64,000 nucleotides of DNA. Origin: Trichodelitschia bisporula. Taxonomy: Eukaryota. The translations under genes were made by a program, and so were the position numbers. The stretch lies in assembly GCA_010356995.1 (NCBI GenBank), contig ML996710.1, positions 30,455 through 94,454 on the forward strand, written 5' to 3'. Under the pieces are notes generated by a model. That model was given only the letters and a program-made list of their open reading frames with translations, had not been told where the DNA came from and did no database searches. Each line of letters begins with the position of its first letter. The first letter of the stretch is position 1. Positions 1-12,942 of the stretch are shown piece after piece.

Positions 1-48
1 TCAACGACCGTTTTACTCGAACCCCCCAACTAACGTGACATCTCCCAG

Positions 49-588
49 GGCATCCTCATCGGTCCGTCCCTGCAGTCGGCGCTGCAGAAGCAGATTCCCG
101 GCCTCAAGACATACCCCGTCTTGTATGCCGCGTCCCTCGCGACCAACATCAACACGGTGCGCACCGACCAAGCCTCCATCAACAAGGGCGTCGACGCTTT
201 CAAGCAGGCCCAGGGCTGCAGCGTTATCATTGCCGGCGGCTACTCGCAGGGCGCCGCTGTGATGCACAACGTCATCTCCAAGAGCCTTGACGCCGGCATC
301 AAGGCCAAGATTGCCGGTGTTGCTCTCTTCGGCGACACCCGCAACCAGCAGGACAAGGGCCACATCCCCAACTTCCCGACTGAGCGCAGCAAGGTGTGGT
401 GCAACAAGAACGACGGTGTGTGCGGCGGTGCGCTCAACGTCAATGCCGGCCATTTGTCCTACAGCAACGCGCAGATCGGCGAGGCCGCCACCTATCTTGC
501 CACGCAAGCCAAGTCGCTCAAGGCCGGCAGCGGCGCCGTGTCGGGTGTGGCGGAGACGGCGGCGGAGACGACCGAAGCGTCGGGTTAA
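49..588 (+). CDS. Cutinase (CE5), last exon; 5' end lies upstream of the window
   Basis: Branch point CTAAC and acceptor CAG ending at 48, then in-frame GILIGPSLQ... continuing into ORF 121-588. Motifs: GYSQGA (catalytic Ser), ALFGD, CNKNDGVC (Asp), HLSY (His). Confidence 0.93.
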   Translation, partial: GILIGPSLQSALQKQIPGLKTYPVLYAASLATNINTVRTDQASINKGVDAFKQAQGCSVIIAGGYSQGAAVMHNVISKSLDAGIKAKIAGVALFGDTRNQQDKGHIPNFPTERSKVWCNKNDGVCGGALNVNAGHLSYSNAQIGEAATYLATQAKSLKAGSGAVSGVAETAAETTEASG

Positions 589-3365
589 GCGGGTGCTTAC
601 CTTGGGCGTTTTGTCTTGGACTGCGCGTGGCGTCTTGCGTGGCCCTTGGGTGGTAACTCGCCTGGGGCGGTGTTGTAAATAAATGCGCTCAGTTGGAAAT
701 GCGAAACATCTGCATCTGTAGTCTTGCCACTTGTGTGTTGCATTCACTGCTGTCATCACTTCGCTTTCAGTATCCACTGCCACTTCACGGGTACATGGCG
801 CCTACATTTTCGTGACACGCTTGCCACATCTCGGGCCGCCGCTCGCTTGCCGACTCTCGCGATATGGGGTGGTGAGATGCCGAGAGCACTGAAATAAATT
901 GCCTCCTATGGGGCCGCAGGATTCACACTCCCACTCTCGTCTTCGCATAACTCCAACATGCCCGACGTTGACGGCCTGCCAGACGCGGCGCAGGGGTGCG
1001 TTCCGCGGATATCATGGGGCTTAATTAGCGGTTCGGTGAGGGTTCGCCCGGCACTCTGCGCGGCTGGGGAAACCTTGCGCTGCGGGGTCGGTACGGAGAA
1101 GGGCCAGATGCTCCGGAAATCGAGAATGAGCCTTGGGTAAGGCGTTGTAGGCAGTTGACGCCGGCATTGCGCCGACGTATTACGAGTGCAGAAATGACCG
1201 GTCGGGGCGTGTTGGACATACGCGGTTTGCGGCTGGGGTAAGTGGAGCAAATTCCGGAGGAGACATCAGTCAAAGTCATCGCTCTCGATGCTGCTGGCCT
1301 TGCAAAAGCGTAGTACTCTATGGGTCACGGGGCTTCCTGTCGGCAGAGTCAGCAGCGTCGGCAACGGATCGGTCGTCTGGTGGATCAAAGATTCCGGACC
1401 CCACAGTCAATACCTCCGCGGAGGGATCGGCATGCGGGGTTAGATCGTTGAGCGTTCGGGACGCCTGCTGGTCCGGTCCACGTCCGAATCGGGAGCGAGT
1501 GACATTCTCGAACGTTTCATGTCAATGCTTGAACATGGAGCTTAGGATGGCATTTTAGCTCAAACAAGGGGAGCTCGGACACCTTTTTCGATTTGCAAAT
1601 GAAACGTTTGGTGCGAAAATCGAGATAATGGCAAGGAAGAATCAGCGGTGCCCAAGGATGGATATGCCGCCTGCCGACCTGCCCGAATCCGGATTCGCCA
1701 ACCGACCGGCTGGCCTTTTTTCATTCCCGTCGGCGAGATGCTGAGGCCTGCTTGATCAGCGACAATCCATACCCGGCCACTGAACAGGACACTCACCGGC
1801 AAACGGACTATCGGCCGCCCATGGGCATCGAATCGCCCGGCCCTTCCAGCTTGCACTCTTACCCTCCCAGCAACGCCGCGCCGAGCAACGGCACCCTTCT
1901 AGATGCCTTCCATGAATCCTCTCAGTGCTTGCACTAGATGCATAGGCTTGATACGTGCCATAGCTACAGTGTGAAGTAAAAGATCGTGAAAAAGACAAAG
2001 AGTAGAAGAGAGAGAGGAGAGAGGAGAGAGGAGAGAGGAGAGAGGCGAGCCCAAAAAAATAATAATACATATACTGGCCCCTCCTCTGTCCCTTCCTCCA
2101 TATACGCCTTCCTCCCATCGTGCGCCCATTCCATCACATGCACCTTCCACCGCCCCGTCCCTTCCTTTCCTTCAAGCTCCTTTCTCCCATCGTGCGTACA
2201 TTACATCACGCGCCACTCCCACCGCCACGTCCCTCCCAAATACCGACATGCTCCTCCCAACAGTAAACATGTCGCCTTGGTGCCATACATGCCCGAACGC
2301 CCTCTCCGCTTCAGGTCTCTACACCAGCTTCACCGCACGGAGGGCGACCGGCGGGGTTACGGGCGAGGCTTGAGTTGCATGCTGGGAAGACAATGGGGTG
2401 GCTAAGAAGACAGTGTTTGAGGCAAGATGAAGGCGGGAAGGGTGGCCATGATGCGGTGATACATTGCCGCAGCTGATGGCGATCACGTTGGGCTATGGCT
2501 GGCGTTGATGATGGGCCGCGTTGGCGATGGGTGAGAGGGGGCCTACGGCTTAGACCGGTAAGCAGCTGAAGCTTGACATACCCAGACTCGTGTTTGAGAA
2601 GGGATAGGCTGGTGATTGCTACGGACTTGGCCAGAGTTGCTCCGCATCCCGTCGTCTTTGTCGTGCTGTTCCGTCCGGTCAAAAGGACGTGCGTCCTCGG
2701 ACTATACGTTGCCGCCAGACTTGATCATGCGCTGGCCTGGAAGATAGGCCAGAGATGCGATGCCAGGAGTCGGACATGTCTGGGGTTCAAGATAGCTGGG
2801 GCACAAAATGCCACCGGACGAAACGGGACTGGCGCGTTTCTGCTGGCGTGGGGTGAAGGTGGCGGGAATAACTTAATGATAATACCCGGCGCTAGCGCAA
2901 GTTTGCAGGTTTTACCACAGCACCGGGTAGGGAACATTCGCATGCCTCACGCTCTGGGGGGGGGGGGGGTTGATGAGGAAGGGGAGAAATGGCTACGAAA
3001 CTGCAGTAAGCGGACCATTTTACGAGGGTCGGGGTGAGTATGCGACGGGCACAACAAAGCTCAATGCCGCCGTGCATCGCTTGGCTCAAGCACGGCGCGC
3101 GGGCAAATGGCACATAGGAGAAAGCAAACAAGAACAAGAACAAGAACAAGAACGATGAATTCCAAGATGCGAGCACCACACCCAATGCAACACCACCCCC
3201 AATGCAACACCACCACCAATGCAACACCACCACCAATGCAGCCGCAAACCAAAGCCGCCCGACGCCTCCAAATCTAGTCTATACCATGCCATCCATGCAA
3301 CGCTGCAACCCAAACCCCCGCCTTTCCCAAAAAAAAGAAACCACCAAAGCTCAAGAACCCAACCA

Positions 3366-3599
3366 TCACCAGAACCACCGCCGCTGCAGCCTCAACTCCG
3401 CCAACTGCTGATGGATATTGCGCAGCTCGGCCGCACTCGCGGCGCGGGCCTCGTGCAGGGCGCGCACGTGCTCGGCCTTCATTTTGTCGAAGTCCGCCTG
3501 CAGCTCGTGGTGCCAGGGGTAGAGGACTGTGACTTGGAACCCGAGGGCCGTGGAGCCGATGAGCAGGTTGGTGATGGTGAGGGTGCGGGTGAAGCGCAT
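3366..3599 (-). CDS. Small fungal protein (77 aa) with one hydrophobic segment and a coiled-coil-like tail
   Basis: MRFTRTLTITNLLIGSTALGFQVTVLYPWHHELQADF...; GC3-rich codon usage; divergent from the carbonic anhydrase gene. Confidence 0.7.
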   Translation of the reverse strand: MRFTRTLTITNLLIGSTALGFQVTVLYPWHHELQADFDKMKAEHVRALHEARAASAAELRNIHQQLAELRLQRRWFW

Positions 3600-4194
3600 C
3601 GTGGACTTTTTTTGGGGGGTTGCGGGTGTGGTTTGCGGGGTGTGGTGGGAGAGGAGAGGAGTGAGGAGTTGGCTGACGTCAGATCTGAAATGCGGGGAGT
3701 TGTGGTTAGCCTCAGAGTGTGCGGGAGGGAGCAAGGACTGGAGGGAGCAGCTTCATGCACGTACCGATACAGTAAATCGTAGTTGTAGGAAGCGAACGAG
3801 AAGAATGAACAACTTCACGTCCCAAACCAGCCAAAGAGCGACAGATGATAGAAACACTCGTAGACTTCCCCTCCCCCAATTATACCTCTCTCCGCCCATC
3901 AACCGCGCCACCCGCAAACCCCCGAAGTCTCCGAGGCCTCCGAAAAGCCGAACCTCAATTCGTGGCGCGCGGCGCGCTAAAGCACAGTACCTTGCAGCGG
4001 CAGGCGCAAATCGAACCACCTCTCCGCCCCTTCCACACAACGGCGCATCCAGACCAGCGCGATCTGCACCGCAAACGCCTCCCACAGCCGCACATTAGCC
4101 GGGGCACCCCGCACACCGCAAACTTTTTTCTCGTCAAACTTCCTCCTCGAGCCTTTAACTCCCCGTCCTCGCCTTCTCTCCGTCCTCGTTACCT

Positions 4195-4963
4195 ATGCTC
4201 GCCGCCCGCATCCTCTCCACGCCCCTCCGCCGCCTCCCACACTCCACCGCTGGAATCGCATCCTCCGCTCCCCGCTCCGCAATGGCCGTAACACCCCCCC
4301 CGCTGGCCTTCACCCGCACGCCCGTCCACCGTGGCCTCATCCCCAGCACCAGCCAAGCCGGCCTCCCCGCCTCCAAGCCCCAAGTCCTCTGGCTCGGGTG
4401 CAGCAGCAGCGGCTTCCACGAGACGCGGCCGCTAGGCCTGGAAACCGAAGAACTCCTCGTGCACCGGAACATCGGGAACCTGTTCGCCAACCACGATCTC
4501 AGCACGGAGAGCTCGGTCGAGTATGCTTTGCGGATACTCAAGGTGCGTGGAGCGAGGAAATGCGTGTGCAAGGGGATTAATGGGAACAGGTGAAGCACAT
4601 CGTCGTCTGCGGCCATTACGGGTGCAAATTCGTAACCCCGGACCAGGCGGAGGACTCGCCCACGGGGCCGTGGCTCAAGTACGTCCCCCTCCCCACTTCC
4701 CCATCCTTCTTACTAACCGATACCCCAGATCCGTTGTCGATCTCTACGACTCCCTCAAGCCGGCCGTCGACCGCGCCGCCTCCACCCCGGCCGACTGCGA
4801 GCGCATCTTCGCGGAGCTGAACGCGTGGAAACAAGCCCAGGACTTGAAGTCCACGCCGAGCGTGCAGGAAGCGGTGCGCGAGCGCGGGCTGCAGGTGCAT
4901 GCGTTTATGTACGATCCTGTAAGCGAGGAGTGCTGGGAGCTGGCGCCGAAGGATAAGGAGTAG
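4195..4963 (+). CDS. Beta-carbonic anhydrase-like protein; exons 4195-4542, 4590-4678, 4729-4963
   Basis: KPQVLWLGCS, VHRNIGN, VEYAL..LKVKHIVVCGHYGC and LQVHAFMYD motifs. Both GT-AG introns keep frame. Arg/Ser-rich N-terminus resembles a mitochondrial presequence. Confidence 0.88.
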
Positions 4964-7900
4964 GGTGTGGAGGGGTTTGATTAGGGGTTGATAGGGGAAC
5001 GGGCATGGAGCGCTGCTGCATTTGATATCCGGAGCGTTATACGTAGGGCGGTGTTTAGGGAATGGGTGTTTTCGGACTGATGAAGTTTTACTTGACACGT
5101 CGTGACCATTGTCTGATACCTTGATAAATATGCCATTTCAGGCCATACCCCGCCCGCGGTTAAGGCCCCCTACCTCCGTCCACAATCCCATATGACGCCC
5201 CACGCCACATGGCATGCCACATGGCATTTCTCAGCCAGGCCTTCACCCTTCCAATGCGCACGTGCTAAAATGCCTTAGACCTAGAAGCCGTAGCGCATCG
5301 AGACCAATCCAGACGCCATCTCTTCCCCCTCCCTCGCGTGCCCACCCCGCCTCGGCCAGCCCACGCTCAACGAAAAATCCGGGGAGCCTCGGCCCCGCAC
5401 ACGGCACCGGTGCGCGCAGCCGACAGCGGGGCACAAAAGCGCGCGTACTTAGTAGTCTAGCTCCGACTCGTTCTTGTGGTGTCGAGCGCCGCAAGCAGAT
5501 GGTAAGTTGCGGAGAGGTACCTTGCGACACTTCTCCCTTCTCCGCATCTCGTCGCGCATTCCCCAGATCCCGAACGGTAGCGTTTGGAGGGCGTGTGTAC
5601 GGTATCGGTACCGGTATCGGGGGGGAGGGGGAGGGGGGGTTTTCTGGCCTCCGCGGAGTTGCGATGACCCGCGCTAGCCGAGCGCCGGGAATACCAGGAC
5701 GCTAAAGTGTTCTAGCCCGCGCCGAGCGGCCCGAAGGCTCCGGATTCGCGACCCCGCATGGAGAGGCGGGGCGAGGCTGAGATCGGCGGTCTAGCCTTGC
5801 AAAAGATGGCAGGGTTGGTGTTAGGTTAGGGAGGAGGGATGGGAAAGTGGGATGAGAGGGGATTGGTTGGCGGAGAGGGGATGGGATGAAAAAGGTTGCT
5901 GGGGAATAGGAATATTTGAGGCCCGCAGGCGCAAGGTCTCAGCGGAACTTGGATGGTGGAATTGGGAATTGGGGCATCGCCGGCGGTTTGAAAATACGGT
6001 GTAAATCAACTATGATTGCGAGTCCCTGGCCAGCATACGTTTTATGTGGAGTGCAACGAGCTGCTTTGAGTGGTGATAATTTATACTCCCATCTCTCCGG
6101 CGCAGAAGATCTGATTTACGGGTTTGGGCCTCATATGAAGGGATCGTGAATATGGCCTCCAGCGACTACCCCTAGTCTCGCTGCACCGCCATAGCTTCAA
6201 TTGCTATCGAATTTTATGAGTGACTAGATCAAGGCCTATTTTGCATGCTCAAATTGAGTTTATATCCATAAATGCCGTATTCGCCGCGTGATTGCCCGAA
6301 ACGTAGTGGACCCTTCCTATGCACATATATTAGCTTTTCTCTCCCAATTCAAATTGAACCGTTTACAAAGTTAGTAGACCCATCGATGCAGCTCCTTGCT
6401 ACGTCCTAGCAGAATTCCATTAACGTGAGTTGAATGCAGCTTATGATGCGGGGCAGTCCGTCGGCACGCAACCCTTGCAAAAAGCTGCTAAATGCATCAC
6501 TCAGATCCTTTTTTGAAGATGGGCAGCATACTTGCTAGGCCCTTAGATACAGGTTCATATACTGGAAGCAGCTGATATGAGTTGTGTGGGGCTTATGCAT
6601 ATGTTCAAGGGAAGCTCTTGGTGATGTATCCATTCCGCCGCCCTTTCGTACACGTTTTGCTCAGACAACTCGCTCAGCCATTCTAACCGGAGCCTCAGGA
6701 ATTGGACCAGATCGTTTGAGGCCCATCTGAGCTAAACAGAAGCAAGGCAAAGCTCCTGCAAAGCGGCCCGCAAGAGAGCCTTGTCCATGCGGCCCGCCGG
6801 CCCACAGTCCGGGACCCAAGCCTTCCCACAGCAAAGTTACCCGCAACCAGGATAAATAAAAGGCCGGTTCCGGTTTGGTGAACGCACGACCCCTCCGATT
6901 ACCGCATTCGGCCTAGTGCCCACTGTGAATGGTCGCGGACTTAAATTCCAGTTCTCCTGCTTTGAAAACTTCCTCTCCACAACATCATCATCAACATCCA
7001 CTTCTCAAATTTGTGTCTCTGGTATATACCCTAGGGGAAAGGGGAGCAATGTGAGTTTCTCGCAGCGTTCACGAACTATTTGCGTTACTAACATTGACTG
7101 TAGCGTGCAGTGTTACCCAGTATTTGAAGGGTCTGCAGCCATTGCCTCCAGCATTCATCGTCTTTGCTACGATGACTTCCTACGGTCCATTTCGGTACCT
7201 CTGACGGTTGCCTGTTTTCAACTGAAAGTCGGGGGGCTAACCGGCCCCTTCGCTATTTGCATCGTCGCCCCACAAACAGTGGGTGATGCGCGACCTCGGG
7301 GCGGCGCTCATTGCGACCTCGGAGTCGTATCTGCCGTTTGAGTGGAACGCGGCATTGCTCAAGCTGCCGTGCTTGTATATGATGAAGCTGCAACCAAACA
7401 GCGCAATACAGCGGAGAGCTACATTCAGCCCCGAATCTGGCAATCTACCGGGCGGCCGAGGCGGGGACGTCTGGACTGGAGTATATACTCAGCGGAAGTA
7501 TAACTTCAAGCTCCTATCTGGCTCTCTTAGTTCTTGGCGGGAGATGGCCATCATTCAACACCACCCCATTGTTCACCACTCTCTCAACATCACTTCAACT
7601 TACCATTTCCCACAACCACGCCAATTCAGGCGGGGTAAGTACTCCATCTCCAACCCAACAGACGACTGCTAACCATTCTAGGCTGTCGACTTTATACCGC
7701 GTTTAAGTTCACGGAAAAACCCTAAGACCGTGCAAAATGCTGCTCCCAAGGCAGGAACTGGACTATAAAAGCCCGCACAGTTGGTCCACCACATCTTCAC
7801 AACATCCGCAACAACCTCCACCAAAGCTGCCACCAAAGCTGCCAGTAACTCCGCCCACGAAACGCTGACAAAATCTCACACCAACCGCACCTCTAAAAAC

Positions 7901-10900
7901 TTCTCACAATCTGGCCTTGATTTCACCAATCCTAGCACCACCACTTCAATTAATCAGTTCCTTCAACAACTATAAGTCGGGAGGCAGTGTAAGTACTCCA
8001 TCTCCAAACCTGCAGACGGCTGCTAACCATTCTAGCCCCCGGAGTTCACAAGAATGCCGCGAACGACAGCTATAGCGATTATACGCGACGCCAGCACATC
8101 GCCGCTCGTCTCTGAACGAGACAGTATAATCACGGCCCTTCTATTCGTGCGCAACACCGATCCGGACGTTCCCCCCACCATTCCCTCCAAGAAAAACCTC
8201 AAGAGCTCGGGCAAAGGCACCATAAAGACATCGGCCCTCAAAAAGTATAAGGCGGTATCGTCGTCGAAGGTTCTATAGCCCGCATCGTCGAAGGTCCACA
8301 AGGCCTCGACGGCGAAGCCCAAGAAGAAGCTCTTCCAGGCGGTGGACGCCGAAATGGCTGCGACGCTCGGGGCGATCCTGCCGGGACTTCCGAAGGAGTT
8401 TTGAGATGGGGCGCTGAAGGAGCCTCCCATCGAGCCCGTCGCCGAAGAAGCCAATTGCGCAAACGAGGCTAAGAAGGCGGAAACTTTATCCAAGGGAACC
8501 AAGGTCCCAGAGCAGCCTGCCAGCACTCATCGACTGCGACGCCACGGCCAGGGCTGCTATGCCCTTTCCCTTTGCTGAATACAGCACGACTACTGCCCCC
8601 CCTCAGTCTATAGCCGCACCCCGGTGTCGATCACGTCAGGTACAAAACAATTGCGGGGTCTTTGCGTCGGCTGGAGTACGCTCCCATCTCTCCAGTTACG
8701 AGGACCTTGGGCCCACGGGCCCTGGGCAACTGGCCCCGAAGGCTTTGGCGCCGTCCGCGGCGCACATGCCCAGGCTGACCGTCATGGCTACTGGAGCTGA
8801 ACCCGCTATAGTAGCAGTGTGCTTGCGCTATATATCCCCATCATCAAAGATCCTCCAAGATCGCCATCCAACACATGCACACCGACAAGATCGATGCCGA
8901 TGGCGCGGCCGTCGGGGTTCGCTATAACCGTAAGTTCTGCCTTGTGCTCCCCGCATCATGCTGACACAAAGGAGCCAAGCATCAGGGCGTGATTGTCAGC
9001 AAGATGAAGCCCCGAGCGAAAAGTCCAACACCACTCGGACTCAGTCGACGCCAGCGAGGAGATTTCACGCAAATCCCCCTCCTCCGAGGATCGCAAGACG
9101 CCCACGAGTACATGCAAGCCTCCCCGCTCACGCTTTTTGAGCACGATACCAACAGGGTTGGGTATAAAACACTGGAACGTTCATCATCACACCGCTCACA
9201 AGCCGCGCCTAAGCGTGCGCCGGTCGCCCATGGGAAGTCAAACATCAAAAAGGTTCTGGTCAGCCACTTCCCGGATACAACATTCCACTTCAACACCCTC
9301 ATCATTCTTCACCGTTCTCCGACAGGACCGGGATTTCCAGCTCCTCTATAAGATGACGCCTACGATGGGGGGGGGGGGGGGGGGGGGCGGCTGGCCCGAA
9401 GGCCCTCCCATGAAATTCCGTGCACGCAGACCCTGCTTCAGCTGGGTATTATGAGGGGGGGCGACCGCGGCTCTCAAAGTCGCGGGTGACGACGAAGAAG
9501 CTGAGCCTTCGTCGCGTCCCTGTGGCCGCAGAGGACGGTTGCAGACCTACGGCTTGAGCAACATCTGGAGATACCATCCTCTCTCTCATCATCATACGAC
9601 TTTTCGACAGTGGCTTCGCGACGAAGCCGCTGACCGCTTCGCCAAGAGGACGGGCATCAAATTCCGCCCAACGGCGGCTCGCAAAGCCGCCGAGATGGCA
9701 CTTCCGCCGGGCCAGGTAAGTCTTCATTGTTTCTCATATATGGGTATCAGGAACTAACACTGGTGGACCAGTCCGCTGCAAAGTCTGTCATAATGGAGTA
9801 TGACTTCACATGGCTTGACCAAGATTGCAGTTTCGATGACAGATGCTTGTACCGCAGCTCGCTGAAGCTGCTGCAGAGGACGCCGACTGCGGCTCGCGAT
9901 GCCGCATCGGAAGCCGCTGATGTTTATACCCGTGTCTATATACACACTGGTGGCTGCAAGGGGATCAAGCAGCTGTCTAGAATTCCCCTTAGGAGATGAA
10001 CCCCCTTTGACCGGCGAACTACTTCTCACATCTTCGCCGCGCTGCGTTGAACTCAAGCCAGAGGACATCAGTTTCTACTCCCTTCACCTGTTCTCCGATC
10101 ACCAGTCAAAGCGCACCTTGGATTTCGGGTTCAATGGGCCCCTATACGACAATACCCGCTCTCGTTCGAGCGTGGTGCGCCGCCATCGCGGTCCGCGATG
10201 CTTCAATTCATCCACCGAACTCAGACATCCAATTGTGCTTCGACATATATATCGATTCCTCGACTTGAGGGTCTCCGGGTTTGCCTGGCACTATATATCG
10301 ACGGTGAAACAATAGCGCCCATTCTCACCCAGCAGTTGCCCGGATCGCCCCACAAGTCGCTCCGGTCGTGCAGCCTGATGCTCCCGCCGCCGCGCTTGTC
10401 TCTGCCGCTACTCCGGCCGCCCGGTCTGTTGCTCTCGCATCCGAGGATGTCACTGCCACCACTCCGGTGCCCGGCCTGCTGTATACAACCACCGAATCCA
10501 CAGCAACATGTCTGTTCGATTTGTTTCTATATATCGCAAATGCCCGTGCGCTGCACTGCAAGAAGGATGTGGAGAGCCGCGCTTCGGAGAACGAGCATGC
10601 GAATGCGGTGGTCTGTGAGCAGAACGATATATGAAGCCCCACTTTGATGGGCAACCATGCGGATGCCGCGGGCTGTGAGGAGAAGAACAGTGCAAATCCA
10701 GAGAGCCATACTGCCGCTGGGGCCGGCGAGGATGAAACCTATGCAGTAAGTCACCCCAACGTACAAGGACATAGAATGTAAGCTAACAGCTGCAAGTTCT
10801 ATCAGCGTCTTTGGTCGGCCGGCAGAGAGACATCGTACGCAAGACTCCATACCTGTAGGATTATATAGAGCCTGCCGCCGCTCAAACCACCAAGGGTTGT

Positions 10901-12137
10901 CACCCCCGCTTCATCATGAGACCAGACGCCGCGTCGTCCGCACCCTCAACAGCCCCAGCGCAGCCTGTCGGCATCACGAAGGCGAAGCGCCGTGTTAAAT
11001 CCCGCCCCGGCGCATTTCTCAAGATTCTGACGACTTGTCAGACGACATAGTCGCGGCCTTCGTCTTCCAGCCCGAACCGGTGCGGCCGTCGGACTTTAGG
11101 TGGCCTATATATTCGCCTAAAGTCCAGCAGCCCTTGTTTGCTGAGGCTCGCGAAGCTTTGATGGAAGCAAGCGCTGACCTAATTTCCAGTATGTCAGACC
11201 GCGCGGGTTCTGCTGGTTTGATATACTCCGGACGTCTCCTTTGACCATCTACAACTTCGAGGGCGGCCAGGAACAAGTCATCAACACTACGGCGGGCTGT
11301 GGCGAGGCCATCCGTCGCTTTCAGCACATCTATATTTCTACGGCTCGCCGTTGTGGCCATATCAAACCGTCAGCGTCGCCGCAAGGCTCACCGGGAGCAG
11401 GAAGCGACCGCTGCCAACGCTACTGCCGCCGACACTTCTCATGACAACGTCGATTGCTGTGGCACCGCTGCCCTCCTATTGGACCCCGCGGGGCGCAAGC
11501 ACCGCATCCCCGCGCAACGTAGGCGTTGAAGATAATTGATCTGCTGGTTGCTACGAACATTGTGCGCACACTTTCAAACACAGACGGAGAAAGCTCGTCT
11601 TGAGGTCGAGAATGACGAGCACAGGCGGAAGTTCGAAATGTCGTCGAGCGCTTCTTATAGGTATGTGCCATTTGCTGCTTACTTCAACATGATCCACTTT
11701 GCTCACCGTTGTTAGATAGACTTTACCCTCAGATCTACACTCGCGAGGAGCTGGCGCCGGTGCCCCGCCTCTATAGGCCCTCGGCGCAGTCAGTTTATAG
11801 CTATACGTGCGTTCGGGCCGGTGATCCCCAGCTTTTCCAAAGCCACAACCATCATGGTACTGTCCTCCTATATACCGAGTATACGACACCTTCGCTAACA
11901 TCTCAGTCCTCCTTCAAAATGAACTACTCCTCTCTGCCTTCAACATGCTCTACGGCATCACAATCGAAGAGGCCGGGATCATCGTCGTAGTCGAGTAAGT
12001 CAAGTTCGCTCAGGGGTTCATCAGTCGGATCGATGATGCTCGTGAGTCGCAAGGTTGGTCGGGGTACTCAACTTGGCAGCGCACACGATCTTCGCGCCTG
12101 CCTCGCTCGGGCCGGACGATCTGCAGCGCCACGGATA

Positions 12138-12942
12138 GCCCGCATGTCGAGGCAAAGCGCGTATACATCCGTCTGGCGGCCGCCAATATAGTGCCCGGCA
12201 AGCGGGGGAGCTACCCTGTCGAGTTGCTTCTTGCAGTATATATCAGCCCGTACGTACGGCCTGCCCCGCCTAGCTTCTTCTTCATCGTCACGCCTGCCCC
12301 GACAAACTTCACCCTCATGACCGCCCCGGCAAACTTCATCTTCGCCAGCGCCTAGCTGGCTCGCTCTGTCCCACGATCTGCAAGCGCCGTGCCAAACGAT
12401 GGGGACCCAGATTGCGATCAATCGTTACAAGGGCATGCGCGCCCTCGGCTGGAGCAAAGTCAACTCGAGGCTCACGCGCCGTTGGCTGGAGCAAAGTGAA
12501 CGCGCGCCGTTGGCTGGACGAAGCGCCGGGCTCGCAAGAAGCACCACGCTCGCAAGAAGCACCGCGCAAGAAGCACCACGCTTGCAAGAAGCACCGCGGT
12601 CGCAAGAAGCACCGCACTCAGAAGCACCGCGCTCGCAAGAGGCCGCAGACAGCCCAACTTCAGGCAGAGGAAGATGCCGCTTGCACAGGTGTTGTCAGTC
12701 AACGTGAGACTCGACGTGGCCCAGACTCGACTGGTCATCTTGACTGGCTCGCACTACCTCATTGATACGATGAACAAGCGTTCTGATAAGTTCTCCGTCA
12801 ACCAGAAGACAGGCGACAGTGCCCGTACGTCGAGGCAAAGCATGTATACATCCGTCCGTCGGCCGCCAATATAGTGCTCGGCAAGCGGGAGAGCTGCCTC
12901 GCATAGCTGCTTCTTGCAGTATATATCAGCCTGCACGTGCGG
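12138..12942 (+). repeat. Diverged ~122-bp direct repeat (12138-12259 and 12821-12942)
   Basis: gcccg(c/t)a(t/c)gtcgaggcaaagc...gccgccaatatagtgc...ttcttgcagtatatatcagcc is present in both copies. Confidence 0.85.
12531..12642 (+). repeat. Imperfect 15-18 bp tandem repeat (gcaagaagcacc core), QEAPRS-like in one frame
   Basis: About 6 visible units. Confidence 0.8.

Noticed and set aside
13..783. 256-aa - strand ORF
   Set aside because: Antisense to the cutinase exon.
5460..5800. Possible structured ncRNA or tRNA-like element
   Set aside because: Some GC-rich hairpin potential, but no cloverleaf, A/B boxes or recognisable family.
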